From Lama guanicoe (lineage: Eukaryota), in NCBI GenBank assembly GCA_013239625.1, contig MU055785.1, positions 4,154,001 to 4,218,000 on the forward strand: a DNA stretch of 64,000 bases. Reading direction: 5' to 3'. The translations under genes were made by a program, and so were the position numbers. This document shows positions 61,210 through 64,000 of the stretch, piece by piece (position 1 is the first letter of the stretch; each line of letters begins with the position of its first letter). The notes beneath the pieces were generated by a model that was not told where the DNA came from, did no database searches, and was given only the letters and a program-made list of their open reading frames with translations.

Positions 61210-64000
61210 TACGATCTGTCAATGAAACTTACCTCTGTGGTCTTGAGTCTCTATTCACCCCTTGAAGCCAGTGGACATGTTTTAGGCCAAATGCAAAGAA
61301 GCACTTTGTGCAGTGGGTGATCATCTGATGTCAGGTTTTCCCTAAAGTGGATCCCATGAAGTTGCACGTGATTTATTAAGGAAGTGCTCCCAGGAGAAAC
61401 CAGGTAGGTAATGAGTGAGACAGGAGAGGAAAGGGTATGAAACCCAACAAGAGGGCGACTTTCAGAGAAGCCACAGCTCAGCTTGGTCCCACGGGGAGCT
61501 CTGGAGCACCAGCTGCATCTCAGAGTTTGCCCCACCTTGAAGTTTCTGTCCTCCCACACCGTCAGTCCTTAACTGGGGGCTGATGGGGGTGGGTACCTCT
61601 CAGGCACTCCATGGAGGAGGCGCCAAGCCTCTGAAGGTGTCAGGTGCCATGAATCACACAAGTGCAGGATGGCACACAGAACTGGTGGAAGGGATCACAA
61701 GGGATTTTGGTGTGGCATCTATAGTATCCACTATGGCCGTTAACTATAGGTTGAATGGCCCCAGGATGTGTGGGCTGATTCAAGAAGGGTCTTCCCAGAT
61801 GCCAGATGATGATATTTAAGATGTAAATTAATGGCATTTGACAGGAATTCGTACCTCTTGGTCAACATTATGAAGTTGTCCACAAAAGCGCATCAGGCAG
61901 AACTTTCTGTCTGCAGTTACTTGAAAACCAACTCAAATACAGCTTAAATAAAAGAAGTACTTTATGGGACTCGTGTAACAGTATGGGTTTCTGGTACAAC
62001 TGGATTCAGGGGCTCCAGGAATGATATTAGAACTGTGTCTTTCCATCCCTCAATTCTGTTTTCCTTTGAGACGGTTTGGTTTTCTGGGAGTTGGCTCCCA
62101 TATGGTGTTAAGATGGCCCCCAGAAGCTCTGTGTTTATGTTCTACCAGCTTCAGACCCCAGCAAAGTGAGTTCCTGCTTTTCCAAAGCTCCAGTAGGAGT
62201 CCTGAGGTTGATTCTCATTATTTTGTCCCCAAACCAGTCACTTTAGCTTTGGGAATGCTGAACGGGCCTAGGTCAGATATTGAGCTCTGGATGTGGGGTG
62301 GGAGATGGAGTCTACCTCTCCAAGCCACATGGACTGAAAGTGGGGATGGGTGGGTCCCCAAAGAAGAAGAGGATCTTTTATCTAGAAAAACAACCTGTCC
62401 TCAACCTACCAGTCTTAGGAACAAACTAGAATTTGGTCTTTTGGTACATCTCAGGCCAGGTAAATGCTGGTGAAAGTATTCCACGTAGAGCAGCCTGTTT
62501 GCCCATAGTTGGGGACATCAATCTGCAGGCTCATTGGCTTATCTACATGATGTTATGCATAAACGATGGTTTTGTGTACTGACCTTGAACTGTTAGGCAG
62601 GTTCCCCCAAACTGTTGCTCAACCCAAGGATACAACTTAGGCCAACCCTCCCCTTGGGGTGTTCCCAGGAATACGACAAAGACAGGAGGTGAGGGTATGA
62701 CTTTCTGTCCCACAGAAGGTTGGGGTGTGCAGCCAGAACCTCCCATAGTCTTTGGGGACCAGCCTTCCAAAAGGAAATGAAAACGCAAAGGTCTTTGGCT
62801 GGAAGCACACAACCAATTTTTTAATAAAGTCATTACAAATATGTACAAAGCGTCTCCAAGGTACGAAATTCCTCTTACGAAAGAGCATGACGAACCGGCA
62901 AGGGTAGAACCCAGAACGGAATGTCCCCAAGCTTATTGCCTCTCCAGCTGAGTCAGAGGCCTCACTGAGGTTCCAAACAGCCCCACAGCCATCCCTGCCA
63001 CACACACAGGCTCCTGGGCGCTTATAGTGCAAAAGACCTTGAGGGGAGGAACTTGGGGGTTCAAGTGGGGGATGGGACGGGAAGGAGGTGAGAAAGTCTT
63101 CCCATGTCCTAGGAAGTAAGTTGAACAATGCATGTTTGCAAAGGAGATGCTTGTCCCAGGGACCTTATAGAAATCAGGAACTCAAAAGTCAGGGAACAGA
63201 TACATAAAATCCCCGACTAAACCATCTAGCCTGTCCTAGAGTGTCCCCAAATGCAACCTAAGTCAGGCTCCCCTGCTCCTTACTGGGCCCCAGGCTTGGG
63301 CTTGCCCTTGAACTAGCAGTGCCGTGGAACCAGCTCAGGAAGGGACCCAGTGTAGCAGGACAGGGAGCTCATGGACTTGGGGGATGTGGAGGGGGAGTCA
63401 GGCAAACCTGAATCTGGATCTTGGCTCAGCCTCTTCACTCTTTATATGCAACTTAGGCTAAATTTCATAACCTCTCTGAGCCTCAGCTTTCTCAGCTGTA
63501 AAATGGGAATCATAACAGCACTGTCTTCTGGAGTGAGCATGAGGAATAACTAAGGGGGAAACATGTAGAGCACTTAACACAGTGCTTGGGGGTGTGAGCC
63601 CACCATACATGGGTGCTTTCTTTACTGTGAAGCAGCAAGAACCAGTCTTTTCGTGCTGGGAATGAGTTGAGGTTGTCAGCTTTTGAATCGCCTTCATGGT
63701 AGCGTAGCTCTCAGTAAATATAAATACTATAAAATAACCTGCCAGCAAGGCTTAGGGACACAGTAATGACCTGTTAAATCTGTTAAACACCGTGAACCAG
63801 ACTGGAAAGGGACGTTCAGCATCGTCTGGTTCCAAGCAGGTCTACCCCTCCATCATCAATACATAAGTCTCTTTCCAAAGGAGATTCTACAACCTGGCAC
63901 ACTGTAGGTGCTCAATAAACAGGTATTGAAAGAACAAATTAAACTTTTAAAAATAGCTTTTGGTTTACGCTTTAAAATGACACTCTTGATATCAACTTCC

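Noticed and set aside
61230-64000. HRK or another gene downstream of RNFT2
   Set aside because: No recognisable HRK coding sequence or CpG island in this stretch; it contains LTR/MIR remnants and unique non-coding DNA only.
1-64000. Prokaryotic-type systems (CRISPR arrays, operons, IS elements) or an intact retrovirus/transposase
   Set aside because: The sequence is spliced mammalian genomic DNA, with no repeat-spacer arrays and no intact TE-encoded ORFs.

Overview
Mammalian genomic DNA, probably from a camelid: one tRNA-derived SINE resembles Vic-1, and I recognised no Alu, Bov-tA, PRE-1 or Can-SINE. The window holds a head-to-head gene pair sharing a CpG-island promoter (~2300-3100). SPRING1 (C12orf49) contributes its first coding exon on the minus strand. 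RNFT2 (TMEM118, a multi-pass C3HC4 RING E3 ligase) has its complete CDS on the plus strand: 10 coding exons from 5321 to 58487, 1347 nt, 448 aa, all GT-AG with consistent phases, followed by a ~2.7 kb 3'UTR. The rest is intron filled with old repeats (MIR, L2, L1M, MaLR/ERVL LTRs, MER DNA transposons), plus two N gaps. I see no new protein-coding system; nearly all ORF-track entries are noise. The best leads are regulatory: uORFs in the leaders of both genes, an SRE/E-box + NF-Y + Sp1 bidirectional promoter, an orphan CpG island in the 34-kb intron (CRE palindrome + RFX box), three RFX X-boxes, an RBFOX motif inside the acceptor of an in-frame transmembrane exon, and a Pumilio + miR-27/128 module in the 3'UTR. 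Gene identities and repeat family names come from my recall of orthologues and consensus sequences, not from a database search. Repeat boundaries are approximate unless a TSD is given.
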